DNA of 64,000 bases from a virus (Duplodnaviria; Caudoviricetes): positions 33,723 to 97,722 of the IMG/VR virus record IMGVR_UViG_3300012232_000010. One strand, given 5' to 3'. How positions within the stretch are numbered: the stretch's first letter is position 1; the number at the start of each line of letters is the position of its first letter. This document shows, in pieces, positions 1-10,554 of this stretch. Under the pieces are notes generated by a model. That model ran no database searches, was not told the DNA's origin, and saw nothing but the letters and a program-made list of their open reading frames with translations. The position numbers and the translations under genes are program-made.

Positions 1-1312
1 GACCAGAACTACAACCAGCTACTATACTAGTTGTTCCTGTTGGTGGACAAGTTAGTATGAAACAGTTTCTTATGCCATACTCTAAAATCTTTTTTCTCAA
101 ACCCGGAGTTAGACACTTTTTACAAAATCCACTTTCTATAAATTTGTTTCTATCTAAAAGTGGAAACTGACCTTTTTCCACAGCAAGAAATATGCTTGCT
201 TCGTAAGCCTTTTTCTTGATGAAACTCATTATGGAGTCTGTAACTTCCAAAGCCTTATCGGAAGAATACTTGACACCCATCCTTAGAAGGGTATCGTGTA
301 ACCCCATAACACCGAGACCTATTCTTCTTTCCTTTTGGGAAAAATCTTTTATGATAGGCAACGGGAAATCGTTTTTATCTAGAACATTGTCTAAAAATCT
401 GACACCCAACCTAATCGTATCGTCCAAAGATGACCAGTCTATTTCCCCATCTTTGTCTACGTGAGAAGATAAAACTATGTTTCCCAAGCAACAAATCGAG
501 TATGGCGCTAAAAACTGTTCTCCGCACGGATTGGTAGAAGTGAACTGTCTGCAATAATACAGGTTATTATATTCTTCTGCATTTCCTATATTCAGGAAAC
601 CGGGATCACCAGTTATCAAAGAGTTCTCTACGGCCTTATCGTACAGCCACTTGGCTTTAATAGTCTTTACCGTCTTACCTTGCCACTTCAACTCTATATC
701 TTCATCTTTCTTAAGAAGATCGAAGAAAGTGTTATCAACCAATATACTTATATTCGCGTTGTTAAGTTCTTTTTTATCTAGTTTGACATGCAAAAATTCT
801 TCTATATCAGGATGATTGTAAGATAGGCAGAACATTAAAGCTGATCGCCTACCACCACCCTCTCTTAGTTCGTTACAAACACCATTCACTATTTTCATAA
901 GGGACACAGCACCAGTTGCGACTCCACCAGTACCCTTTATTTCTGCCCCTCTTGGACGAATATTATCAAACGATATTCCTATTCCACCACCCAGACCACT
1001 TATGATCGTAACATCACTAAGTAGCTGACCCCAACCTTCTCTGGAATCTTCCGAAGGAATAACAAAACAATTCAACATAGCAGACTTCTTACGTCCAGCA
1101 CCACGCCAAATTCTTCCACCGGGACTAAATCTATTAGTGTTTAGAATATCGAAAAATCTATCCGCGAAATGTTTGATTTTATCACCATCTTCAGCGCTTG
1201 CTATAAAGTTAGCAACTCTTTGGCAAGCATCTTGAAATTCTTCACTTTCATGAATGGCGTATCTATCTTTAAATATTTGTAGAGAAAAACCTTCTGGACT
1301 ATATGGATTCAT
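1..1312 (-). CDS. nrdJ: Class II (B12-dependent) ribonucleotide reductase, N-terminal part; runs off the left edge
   Basis: Not in ORF track. Hand translation from ATG at 1312 (TAATG overlap with upstream stop): MNPYSPEGFSLQIFKDRY...FSPGGRIW...LNCFV...GGGIG...TNPCGEQ...RRIGLGVMG...PPTGTTS, the canonical RNR motifs. Class II is inferred; no NrdB is seen in the window. Confidence 0.85.
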   Translation of the reverse strand, partial: MNPYSPEGFSLQIFKDRYAIHESEEFQDACQRVANFIASAEDGDKIKHFADRFFDILNTNRFSPGGRIWRGAGRKKSAMLNCFVIPSEDSREGWGQLLSDVTIISGLGGGIGISFDNIRPRGAEIKGTGGVATGAVSLMKIVNGVCNELREGGGRRSALMFCLSYNHPDIEEFLHVKLDKKELNNANISILVDNTFFDLLKKDEDIELKWQGKTVKTIKAKWLYDKAVENSLITGDPGFLNIGNAEEYNNLYYCRQFTSTNPCGEQFLAPYSICCLGNIVLSSHVDKDGEIDWSSLDDTIRLGVRFLDNVLDKNDFPLPIIKDFSQKERRIGLGVMGLHDTLLRMGVKYSSDKALEVTDSIMSFIKKKAYEASIFLAVEKGQFPLLDRNKFIESGFCKKCLTPGLRKKILEYGIRNCFILTCPPTGTTSIVAGCSSG

Positions 1313-1824
1313 TAACTTTTTCCTATGAAATCTTGTATTGAAGCAGATTCTTGCATTAAAAGAATTTTATTTTCAGGAGACCATCTTACCACTTCTATAA
1401 AATGATTTTCTAGCATATCGCGAACAACTTGTGGTAATGAGTCTACTTTAGAATCGGCATACAAGCCGACCTTAGATGTTGTCACTGGACCATACACAAC
1501 TTTAGTTATGCCTTTTTGAATAATATGCGCCCAACAATGAATACATGGTGGACCAGTTATATACGCTGTCGCACCTTCTAGGCTTGAAGAACAATTTAGA
1601 ATCGCGTTTTCCTCTGAATGTAAAATGGGAGGGTATTTCTCTGGACGTTCTTTTGGCATTTTTGATTCGTCAACTTTTCTCGGATATCCGTTGTACCCTA
1701 ATCCCACTATCTGATTATTTTTATTTACTAGGACACATCCGCATTTAGTGCTTTCATCAGGGCTGCGTTTTGACGCCCAAAAAGCCATGACCATAAAGTA
1801 GTCGTCCCAATTGATTCGTTCCAT
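1312..1824 (-). CDS. dCMP deaminase
   Basis: WDDYFM..A..ASKRSPD, GYNG, HSEENAI and PCIHC zinc motifs. Confidence 0.92.
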   Translation of the reverse strand: MERINWDDYFMVMAFWASKRSPDESTKCGCVLVNKNNQIVGLGYNGYPRKVDESKMPKERPEKYPPILHSEENAILNCSSSLEGATAYITGPPCIHCWAHIIQKGITKVVYGPVTTSKVGLYADSKVDSLPQVVRDMLENHFIEVVRWSPENKILLMQESASIQDFIGKS

Positions 1825-1836
1825 ACCTATTATATC

Positions 1837-2619
1837 CTAAATTCCATTTTTTGTTAGAAAATCTCTAATGGATTTTACCGAAGTAGAAGTTACCAAAAAA
1901 CTAAATGCGTAACGATTGTCTTCGGTTTTTCCTATACCCGTCAATACACCGATCAGATAATAGTCTTCGCCAACTTTCGTATACAATCCTCCACCACTAG
2001 AACCAAATGCTGCATTTCCAGATGAAATAATTTGTCCAGTATCATCTTCAATATCAGATATATTCCCCATTGTCATTACAGGATTTTGTCTTAACGGACA
2101 AGCAGACATGTAAACATCAACAAGATTATTCAAACTACCAAATATATTATCATCGGCTATTTTTGCTATATTGCACAAATCTTCATCTAATTCAAAAGAT
2201 ATAATCCCGGCATCAATACCATCGGATTCTATCTCGTCTTCAAATTTTGCGATTACTTTTCTGTCAACTTTGCCGTTAAAAGTATATAATGTGACTTCGA
2301 ACTTTCCTTCAATAACAATATCTCTATTAGCCCCTGTGATAAAATCTTTTGGGCGATATTTTTGAACAATATTTCTATCATCAGTTATATGCTTAACAGT
2401 CAAGATATAGTATTTGCATTTACCATTATCACATTTCTTATCTATTATTGTGCCAGACCCAAACGTTGGTTCTGGTGATTTTATCATTACTGTTGGCCAT
2501 ATAAGTTGCTCTCTTTTAATCTGAATTGGGTCTGCTTGCTTAGTCTCACTTTTTGTAAGATTAATCCCTATAAAAGCTGTCAATAGAGATATCAAGCAAA
2601 ATAGTTTTATATTGCTCAT
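1837..2619 (-). CDS. Secreted trypsin-like serine protease
   Basis: Signal peptide; GSGTII, ILTVKH (His), DAGII (Asp), GSSGGG (Ser). Confidence 0.8.
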   Translation of the reverse strand: MSNIKLFCLISLLTAFIGINLTKSETKQADPIQIKREQLIWPTVMIKSPEPTFGSGTIIDKKCDNGKCKYYILTVKHITDDRNIVQKYRPKDFITGANRDIVIEGKFEVTLYTFNGKVDRKVIAKFEDEIESDGIDAGIISFELDEDLCNIAKIADDNIFGSLNNLVDVYMSACPLRQNPVMTMGNISDIEDDTGQIISSGNAAFGSSGGGLYTKVGEDYYLIGVLTGIGKTEDNRYAFSFLVTSTSVKSIRDFLTKNGI

Positions 2620-2638
2620 ACTTTACTACTTTCTAAAA

Positions 2639-3082
2639 TTACTTGTCAATCTTTTCGTTCACGGCCTCTATCGCACCGTTTAGTGCTAGTACGGCAAGCT
2701 TGTTTCCCACATTCGTAGAATCCTCTGTTTCTATATATTTATTTACAAAGTTCAGTAGAGCAACAGCAAACATCTGGATTTGTGGATCGTTCAAATTATC
2801 AATCAATTCTTGTGCTTGTGTCAAGGTGTATTCTGCGGGATTTTGGCACAAGTCTTTACAATTACCCAAAAATACTACTATATTCTTGTATTGATCTTGA
2901 GTGAGTTCTGAATCCTTGAGCATCATTCTTGTAACTTGCTTTACAGTTTGTTGTATTTGTTCTGGATGATGTTCTACAATATTAGTTACTACAGCTTCTC
3001 CAATCTTTTTCTTAACCGAAGCACACCCAAAAGAAGTTAGGCAAAGTGACAGGACCATAAACATAAAAATAAAATTTTTCAT
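2639..3082 (-). CDS. Putative lipoprotein
   Basis: MK + hydrophobic stretch + lipobox-like SFGC. Confidence 0.55.
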   Translation of the reverse strand: MKNFIFMFMVLSLCLTSFGCASVKKKIGEAVVTNIVEHHPEQIQQTVKQVTRMMLKDSELTQDQYKNIVVFLGNCKDLCQNPAEYTLTQAQELIDNLNDPQIQMFAVALLNFVNKYIETEDSTNVGNKLAVLALNGAIEAVNEKIDK

Positions 3083-3145
3083 ACTATTTCTCCAAAAGTT
3101 TAAGAAAATCTGTGGATTTGAGCCAATCTCTTTTCCGTTTCTTTT

Positions 3146-3634
3146 CTAAGAAGCATAAGTTTCTCTTATCTTTTTAATTGCTTTGTTCTTACTTGTGAAT
3201 ACACAGTTGCTAGATATGTCTAACTTTTCAGATATTTCTCTAAGAGTATTGTTTTCTAAGTAATACATGACTAGTATATTTCTTTCTCTATCCGTCAGTT
3301 TTTCTAGCATTTCCGCAATGAATATACTGTCGTCTTGCGAGCCATCCTTAGCGATTGAAGAAACGGTATTATCATATATGTTTTTACACAAATTCTTCTC
3401 TCGTCTTATGTATTTCAAGATATTTCCGTGGACTGTTCTGTATAAATAATTATTGAAAGACCCCAATTGATTATTATAATAAATCATAGCATAAAGTAGC
3501 TTAACTTTGGCTATAGCCATGAGTTCATCAGGGTTTTTATACTTGAAACCAGCCACTATCTGGAATAAAAGCTTTACTTTACTTTTATAGTAATAGTTGT
3601 AGTAAGAACTAGTTATTCTTCTTCGTAATCTCAA
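3146..3634 (-). CDS. Sigma-70/ECF-like RNA polymerase sigma factor
   Basis: Region 2-like GSFNNYLYRTV; region 4 LTDRERNILVMYY...TLREISEKLDIS...KAIKKIR. Confidence 0.75.
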   Translation of the reverse strand: MRLRRRITSSYYNYYYKSKVKLLFQIVAGFKYKNPDELMAIAKVKLLYAMIYYNNQLGSFNNYLYRTVHGNILKYIRREKNLCKNIYDNTVSSIAKDGSQDDSIFIAEMLEKLTDRERNILVMYYLENNTLREISEKLDISSNCVFTSKNKAIKKIRETYAS

Positions 3635-3865
3635 TTAACATATCCCTAAATTGTGGCAAATCTGCGTCTTTAAAAGTGAAGCAGCAGAAATGACCATACT
3701 TACATTTGTAACCAAAAACGTATTTTATAGCAACCCAAGCCCGTTTAATGAAATTTCTATATTGACAAAGGAATATTTCTGTATATAATTCTTTATCAAT
3801 TTCGTCATACGAGAACTTAAGAGTATGCTCTGGGCTATAACAATAACACTCAAAAAACTTAGTCA

Positions 3866-4699
3866 TTACACCTTCCTAAACTTCGATTCTATATATTCTA
3901 TCCCGCTTGGAGATTTTTCTACGGTAATTCCATGAACCAATAGTGGAAACTCCGCATCAACAATTCTAAACAACTTTATAGCAAGACAACGAATCTCTGC
4001 GTCTGCCGCCAGTGAACCACGCATTTCAATAAAGTGTCTGATAGCCCGGCCATTAAAAGTGGTAAAGCACTTAGTCTCTGTGGCGTTAGGCAGTACACTT
4101 CTAGCTGCTTCTCTGGCTTTCTTTCGACGCTCTGTTTTATCTTCAATGGTGGCATACATGCCGTTCAAATGATCCGTCAGAACCTTATAATATTCTACTG
4201 TCTTGCTTAGGTAAGCCCTATATTCTTCTAACACTTCTGGTTTCTGCGCACCTAATTCTTGAATAGCTGGCGGAATTACGAAATCTGTATCACTTTCATC
4301 TACATATCTTTGGCTCAATTGACTATAAGCCATACCAGCGCGGTGTCTGACTAATTCGTGAGTCAAACTACGAGAGACATTCCAGATTTCAAAATTCAAA
4401 TTGATATGTTCTAGTACACTACCATGTTGAACCTCTATAAGATGTTTGATATGATCATCGTGAGACCGACCCTTTTTAGCTTCTGAACCCTTTTGAGGCC
4501 AAGACATGTAACATGTTCGTCCCGCCATTTCGATTAGCCATTCGCCATCCCTGTCACCCAAATCTTGGTTCGAGTCTAGCTTATTTTGAAATTCTGGCCA
4601 CTCAAGATCGTGGTCGTCCAAAAATGCTGTTAGACCATTAATATCTATCACTGGTCTACCTACTAGCTTAACTTCAGCTTCTGTAACAAATCTAGTCAT
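3866..4699 (-). CDS. thyX: FAD-dependent thymidylate synthase
   Basis: AGRTCYMS, HGSVLEH, SRSLTHELVRHR..YSQLSQRY, AREAARSVLPNATET; start moved to ATG 4699 after AAGGAG. Confidence 0.95.
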   Translation of the reverse strand: MTRFVTEAEVKLVGRPVIDINGLTAFLDDHDLEWPEFQNKLDSNQDLGDRDGEWLIEMAGRTCYMSWPQKGSEAKKGRSHDDHIKHLIEVQHGSVLEHINLNFEIWNVSRSLTHELVRHRAGMAYSQLSQRYVDESDTDFVIPPAIQELGAQKPEVLEEYRAYLSKTVEYYKVLTDHLNGMYATIEDKTERRKKAREAARSVLPNATETKCFTTFNGRAIRHFIEMRGSLAADAEIRCLAIKLFRIVDAEFPLLVHGITVEKSPSGIEYIESKFRKV

Positions 4700-5489
4700 A
4701 AGTCTCCTTAATCTCATCAATTATTAACGAGTAATTACAATCGTACCATCCCGATGTACTTAACGCATTTATTTCTAACAAAAATGTCCCCTCTTTATTC
4801 TTTGCTATATCTACAACAAATAAATCATCAGGATACCAATAAGAACTCTTGATCATCCTTTCAGCCAAATATACTATAACTTCTGGAACATATTTATCAG
4901 GATCAAATCCTAAGTAATTTGTTTTTTCACAAAATGTTTTATACTGACAACCAGTTATGTATTTATCCTTGTTGAATATTAATCTATATTCGAAGTCTAT
5001 ATGCTTAACTGGTGCTACTACTAATTCATCATTTCTACCAAAACAAGAATTGATATAGTCTAAATCTTTAGGAGTATACACCCCTCCACAAAATCCATTT
5101 GGCTTATAACCAACTGCTGGTCTAACAAATAGATTGTTATTCGGATGGAAGAAGCATTTATCTTCAAGGTCTCTACATTTTATAATAGAAAAATTCCAAT
5201 TGAAAAGATTATTGGGAAATCCTCTGTACTTTTGATAATAAATTCTCCAATCGTAATTTTCTATTGTGCAGGACGTAATAAGGTTAGGATTGTTGAGTTC
5301 CTTGATTTTTCTAATAAACTCTAGAGAGCCATAACAAAACGTTTTCTCTGTACAAGTGTCTAGGTGGGCGTATGAAGAATTTACAGCGCCTTTGTTGAAA
5401 ACTTTGTAGGGAATCTTTTTATTTTTCAAAACAGATATTAGAGTTTTAATATCGTCTTCAAAAACAAGGTCTTCTACTAAAAATTGCAT
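4692..5489 (-). CDS. ATP-grasp domain protein (DUF4343/R2K-like)
   Basis: YGS, LFVRP, EYRLIF, FVVDIA...LLEINALSTSGWY. Confidence 0.75.
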   Translation of the reverse strand: MQFLVEDLVFEDDIKTLISVLKNKKIPYKVFNKGAVNSSYAHLDTCTEKTFCYGSLEFIRKIKELNNPNLITSCTIENYDWRIYYQKYRGFPNNLFNWNFSIIKCRDLEDKCFFHPNNNLFVRPAVGYKPNGFCGGVYTPKDLDYINSCFGRNDELVVAPVKHIDFEYRLIFNKDKYITGCQYKTFCEKTNYLGFDPDKYVPEVIVYLAERMIKSSYWYPDDLFVVDIAKNKEGTFLLEINALSTSGWYDCNYSLIIDEIKETYD

Positions 5490-6491
5490 TTAATACCCAT
5501 TCTTTTCAAAGTATCTTTTACTTACTAGTTTTAGCTTAACTCTGTCACCCTTTTCGGTTTCTCTATCAATAATAGGGGATATAACACAACCTTCCATAAG
5601 ATGACCACTACCGCCTACTACGCTATCTTTTTCAATAAGTTCTAGAATTTTATCTAGATCAAGCGGACCTCTATAAATTTCTGGAACCCAAAATAGTTCT
5701 GGACCCAAATCCCTAGCCTCATCATGATTTAACCATGTACGACCAGATAGAATATCGAATACCGCAAACCTAATTTGATTGGTTTCGCACCCGTATTTTA
5801 GATTCTGGACTTGACCAAATATTTCACCATACAAAACGAGTTCAGGATTCTCCCTACACCAAACTTCTATCCAAGGATTTTGACTCAACGCTTTCCACCA
5901 AGGGTCTTTCTCTGACAGGGCTTTCCAATTAGTCCTACTCCCGCACCACATTCTATTGTCTTGCCAAACAAATCTAGCATTAGCTCCGTGTATCTTTTCA
6001 GTACACACAACTATTTCATTCTGATAAATTCCTAGTTCAGTGTTATAGATATTGGTATGAAACCAATCAGCGTATTTTTTATATCCTTCTACATCATATT
6101 TGGGATAGTATCCCGGTGGGCCAGATTCATTATCTCCGTTAAAAGTTACTTCCATTTCTGGTTCATACCTTTTGATCCCAAGTTCATACATCGCATTCTG
6201 ACCCACTACTGATCCGGGTGGTGCTTTGATCATAATGCCATCTGACCAAATTCCTCTAAATTTTCTTGGCTTAATTCGTTTGTTATCCCCCAAAAACTTA
6301 AACTGCTCCGTATCAGGAACGACGTAATCTTCTGGTATATGAACACCAATAGATTCGTTTTCCCAATCAGAAGTTTTTACAACAAGAGTGAATCCATTGT
6401 ATTTAATAAGACTCAACGAATCTGCATCTGGATGACGCTCTAGTTTAATTGAGATAACAGGGCATTCATGCTGACTCATTAATGTCTCCAT
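5490..6491 (-). CDS. RNA ligase, DRB0094/Rnl5-like
   Basis: N-terminal HPDADSL OB-like domain; motif I TEKIHGAN, YGEIFG, FAVFDI, EGCVI, KLVS. Confidence 0.85.
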   Translation of the reverse strand: METLMSQHECPVISIKLERHPDADSLSLIKYNGFTLVVKTSDWENESIGVHIPEDYVVPDTEQFKFLGDNKRIKPRKFRGIWSDGIMIKAPPGSVVGQNAMYELGIKRYEPEMEVTFNGDNESGPPGYYPKYDVEGYKKYADWFHTNIYNTELGIYQNEIVVCTEKIHGANARFVWQDNRMWCGSRTNWKALSEKDPWWKALSQNPWIEVWCRENPELVLYGEIFGQVQNLKYGCETNQIRFAVFDILSGRTWLNHDEARDLGPELFWVPEIYRGPLDLDKILELIEKDSVVGGSGHLMEGCVISPIIDRETEKGDRVKLKLVSKRYFEKNGY

Positions 6492-7143
6492 TTCTCTATT
6501 AATTCGTAGTATTTTTGCTCGGTTACTCGCAAATTACATTCACATGCTTCGTCTAAACCTCTTCTCTTACCCTTTAATGTGATAAAATATTTTGTGCTAG
6601 ATGAGAAAAAATCTTTATCTTCATATATAAATCCATTAACAATTTTATATGGATAATAATATTCACACGGATGATTTGTTTCTCTATCTATTTCATTATA
6701 AATGCAGTCGCCTATAAAACCACCTATAAATATACCAATAATTATTAAATAGGTGAGAGGATTTTTAAGTATTTTCAAACTTCTTCTTGAGACATTCATA
6801 TTGTTTCCTTTGAGACTCTTCCCATTCTTGTTGTTGTTTTTCTTTTGCTAATTTTTCAGTTTCTATTTTCAAATCTCTTTGAGATATCAAATGATTTTCA
6901 AAATACTGTAAATCTTTACTAAATAATTCTGGAACAAAATATTGTCCATGACTTTCAATACCGCCGCAATAATATTCGTCGCCACCGAAATAAATAGACC
7001 CATCTTCTATCTTTATTTCTGGATAATCAACTCTTGCAAATCCATTATCATATTTTTTATATAATTCCATGAATGGTTTAAGATGTTCTAATACATCTGT
7101 ATTTAGTTGTGAAAGCTGTTTAAATTTTACTAAGAATTCCATA

Positions 7144-7737
7144 CTATAGTTCCTTTATCATTTTGATAGCCTGTACAACACTCTTGGGTCTTAGGATTTT
7201 TTTATCCTTCATAGTGAAGGCATCTTTGTTATAAATTTGCGGCCATAGCATAACTTCACCACCCGCTTCATGGAAGCCCCAAACTTTTTTGACCGTATCA
7301 TCTATAAGGATTCTGTTTTCCCCGGCAAGCAAACTCTTATTAGTAGATATGATCAACTTCCCACTCTTTACAAAAAATGGATAATGTTTATTTAGCCAAG
7401 CTACTTTCCCACTAGAACATGCTGGACAAATTTTGGATGGCGCTGTTAATACATAACAGTCTTCAATATTTTCATTACTAAATAAAGCCATGATCAAATC
7501 ATCAGACCAATCGTATTTAGGCAAATTTTCCCAGAATTCTATACTATTAGCTTTTGTTCCCCAAAAATCTTCTTCCGTCATTCCTAACTTATTAGCTAGG
7601 TCCATAGAATTCGGTCTGCAAAGATATGGTTTTCTAGCCAAAAATCCTTTGGTAAGCCCAAACTTCTTTTCTATACCAGTAAATAAGTCAACTAATACAC
7701 CATCAAGATCGAGAAACACAGTCTTTTTATTTTTCAT
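7144..7737 (-). CDS. HAD-family 5'(3')-deoxyribonucleotidase
   Basis: FLDLDGVLVD, FWENLP, LTAP, GK..WL, ILIDD. Confidence 0.85.
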   Translation of the reverse strand: MKNKKTVFLDLDGVLVDLFTGIEKKFGLTKGFLARKPYLCRPNSMDLANKLGMTEEDFWGTKANSIEFWENLPKYDWSDDLIMALFSNENIEDCYVLTAPSKICPACSSGKVAWLNKHYPFFVKSGKLIISTNKSLLAGENRILIDDTVKKVWGFHEAGGEVMLWPQIYNKDAFTMKDKKILRPKSVVQAIKMIKEL

Positions 7738-7998
7738 TGTAATCCTTAATAGTTTAATCTACTTTCGTAAAATTTCCACGCATATTCATCAAACTTTTGG
7801 AATACATTAACAAATTCTCTTGCTTCATCTATACGATTTTCTTGTACCATTTGATTTATCATATTTAATTGATGAATCGCTTCATTAACATTTTCTGAAA
7901 CCATATATTTATATAAACATTGTTTACACTTAGTTTTTTCATCCGGTCTTCTGCCGAGACATTCTACTCCCGGATTTTGATGGCATAAGTAACAGATA

Positions 7999-8358
7999 TT
8001 ATCCATTGAATCTAATCCTATAAATTTCTTCCGCTTGGCAACAGTGACCGACTTGACCATAGATATCGGAGAAGCCATTAAATTGTTTGATAACTTCTAA
8101 TAGTTGTGGTTCTTGATGAAAATAAGAATCCCATAGATTACTATACAATTCTTTACAAGCATCTTGGTTTATTGGCTTACGGCCCTTGGCCTGCATAATA
8201 GATAGTCCGGTAAATCCACCCTCAAATTTCTTTGCGGCTTGATATATTTCTTCTATACTCGCAAAGTTATAAGCGGATAATCTCGCGTAGAAAGCGCTAA
8301 ATCGCTTGTCTCCTTTACTACTACATTCTAGAAATGGTGCTGTTCCGAACTTTAACAT
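7999..8358 (-). CDS. Conserved phage protein, possibly NADAR-like
   Basis: ECSSKGDKRFSAFYA; FASIEEIYQAAK resembles the NADAR F.s.Eh.yQa.K motif. Confidence 0.4.
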   Translation of the reverse strand: MLKFGTAPFLECSSKGDKRFSAFYARLSAYNFASIEEIYQAAKKFEGGFTGLSIMQAKGRKPINQDACKELYSNLWDSYFHQEPQLLEVIKQFNGFSDIYGQVGHCCQAEEIYRIRFNG

Positions 8359-8753
8359 TATTCACCCTTTAAAATATACTCATCGTATTCATCAACAAGT
8401 ACATACAGTTTAGACGCATCCAACTCTAAAGAAATCATATCATTATATCTTCTGACCCTTTTTATCATTGCGAGTCTTTCAAGAATTTTCTTGGCTTGTT
8501 TTTTTATTCGCTCTTCTTTTCTAATGACCTTTTCCGGTTTTACTTCAGAACCCCACTTCCACATTTTATCTACGAACGCTTGCATCCCTTTGTTCATTTG
8601 AAATGTCCTCATTTACAATTTCTATTTCAGCACTAATACTGCCAGCTTTATTATCATACTCCCAACAAGTTTTCCTGATACTTTCACTTAATGTATAATT
8701 TATTTGATCCCTTAGCTTCAATAGATTGTTGGTATCCATTTTTATAGATAGTG

Positions 8754-9143
8754 TCATAAAATAATCTTCCTTTTCTTTTTGACTACAGGATCATATTTCT
8801 TAATCTCTTTTGGTTTTTCAAGAATAAACTTTTTAGACTTTAACTCAGGATAATAACTTTCAGTATAAACATCATCGAACATCCAAGCTCCAGACTTATC
8901 AAATTCTCTCATATAATCTACACCATCAAGAGATTCTGTGAATTTTACTTGCAGCCCAAATATATTTATCTCTTCAATATTTTGAAGTATTATAGGTTTA
9001 TCATTATAGAATGGGCTATTGAATACCATCTCCAAGAAATCTAGCTTATTGTTTTTTGATACAAATATAACATTGGGATACCTTGATCTATACGCTCTAA
9101 AATCTTGTATGGCCTTATGAACGTCTTGCATAGATTTAAACAT
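8754..9143 (-). CDS. Hypothetical protein ending KKKRKIIL
   Basis: Co-oriented ORF with overlapping start/stop junctions. Confidence 0.6.
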   Translation of the reverse strand: MFKSMQDVHKAIQDFRAYRSRYPNVIFVSKNNKLDFLEMVFNSPFYNDKPIILQNIEEINIFGLQVKFTESLDGVDYMREFDKSGAWMFDDVYTESYYPELKSKKFILEKPKEIKKYDPVVKKKRKIIL

Positions 9144-10554
9144 CTAATACCTCATATTTGATACTTGTATTACTAAATTCTCCCGGAGAGATTATCGCAA
9201 GCTGATCTAATACTAGCTTCCTTAAGCCTATAGCTATATTCACAACCTCTACCAATTCTTGCTTGGTCAAGACCTTATTCGGATAAATGATTTTGATAAG
9301 AGCGCTACTTAATTTTGTTACGGCCTGTTGATTCCTGAAACCAATATCTGCAAACTTAATTCTGGACTTAACAACATCAGTATAATCTATATCTCTTAAT
9401 CTATGAAATATCTCCCCAATATAGTCGGCCATAAATCCGTAATCACTAGACAGGCTAGACATGGTAATTCTTGGGAGTTTCCAGCCGGGGATGTATCCGT
9501 GGATTCTGTCTAGAAAAGCCCTATCGTTCCTTATCTTTGCTGGTAACGGGATAAACAAGTGGTGATAGTAACCCTTGACTTCACCCTTTTCTCTATCGCT
9601 ATCTATATTACCTATGAAAACCGTAGAGCAAGTAGCCGTTAGCTCCGTCTTATCTCTTGAGAACTTACCAGAGTTAAGATAATCCTTCATCATATTGATG
9701 AGTTCTTCATTATCGAACTTAGTTCCAGATATTTCATCAAATACTATAAAATCCTTTTTACAGATTGCTCCGACACTTCTTCTTAACTTGTTGTAGAATA
9801 GACTAGCCACGCTGACGCTAGAACCAGATAAGACTAGACCATACTGACTTATATTTCTATAAAGATGCGTCTTAGCGGTTTCAGTGCCGCCCAATTCTAC
9901 CATATTGACATTACATTCTACGAATGGTATAAGTCTACATATATACAACATCTTCTGTTCTTTTGAAAGATGTTCCGGATTAAATCCTACACTATTTATG
10001 ATAATATCAATCCACTCGTTGGTTGAAAACTCTCTTCTCTTCTCTATAAACGAATTATGATTTATATTTGTTACCTGAAAAGGTATAAAGTCTGTGATAA
10101 TGAATGGATAATTCTTCTTTTTAATTAGAAAGTTAGGATCATAAGCAACGGACACGCTACCGAAACACCCTGTTGTCAGTAAAGTATCTCCATATTTATC
10201 CAATATTGGTTTAGCGATTCTTACATTATTGTCTTCCAATACATTGATAGATGCGAAATACTCATTCTTATTCTGGTCAAACCTGCATTGAACATTTCCT
10301 ATAAATGAATATCTGCCGAGTTCTCTAATCCTACTCTTGACCAACTCTTTCTTATCAGAATCTATGAAGTTTTCTTCTATGATCTTATTTATCTTTAAGA
10401 TTCCAGAATCAATATTCGATCCATCAACTAATTGAGACACAAGATAATCACACACGAATGATGGAAGCTTCCTAAAATTGTTAGAAGAATTAGATATAGA
10501 CTTGTTTATAACCAAACCATTCTGGTTGAACACGTTTTTAAGTTTTACATTCAT
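9136..10554 (-). CDS. BrxL-like (BREX) MCM-type AAA+ ATPase without the Lon protease domain
   Basis: LPSFVCDYLV, EWIDIIINSVGFNP, RLIPFVE.NVNMVELGGTETAKTH, FDEI, GKFSR, AFLDRIHGYIPGW.LP, YGFMADY. Confidence 0.8.
   Translation of the reverse strand: MNVKLKNVFNQNGLVINKSISNSSNNFRKLPSFVCDYLVSQLVDGSNIDSGILKINKIIEENFIDSDKKELVKSRIRELGRYSFIGNVQCRFDQNKNEYFASINVLEDNNVRIAKPILDKYGDTLLTTGCFGSVSVAYDPNFLIKKKNYPFIITDFIPFQVTNINHNSFIEKRREFSTNEWIDIIINSVGFNPEHLSKEQKMLYICRLIPFVECNVNMVELGGTETAKTHLYRNISQYGLVLSGSSVSVASLFYNKLRRSVGAICKKDFIVFDEISGTKFDNEELINMMKDYLNSGKFSRDKTELTATCSTVFIGNIDSDREKGEVKGYYHHLFIPLPAKIRNDRAFLDRIHGYIPGWKLPRITMSSLSSDYGFMADYIGEIFHRLRDIDYTDVVKSRIKFADIGFRNQQAVTKLSSALIKIIYPNKVLTKQELVEVVNIAIGLRKLVLDQLAIISPGEFSNTSIKYEVLDV

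Noticed and set aside
1-1312. Intein or intron in the RNR gene
   Set aside because: The visible part reads continuously through the expected motifs with no insertion
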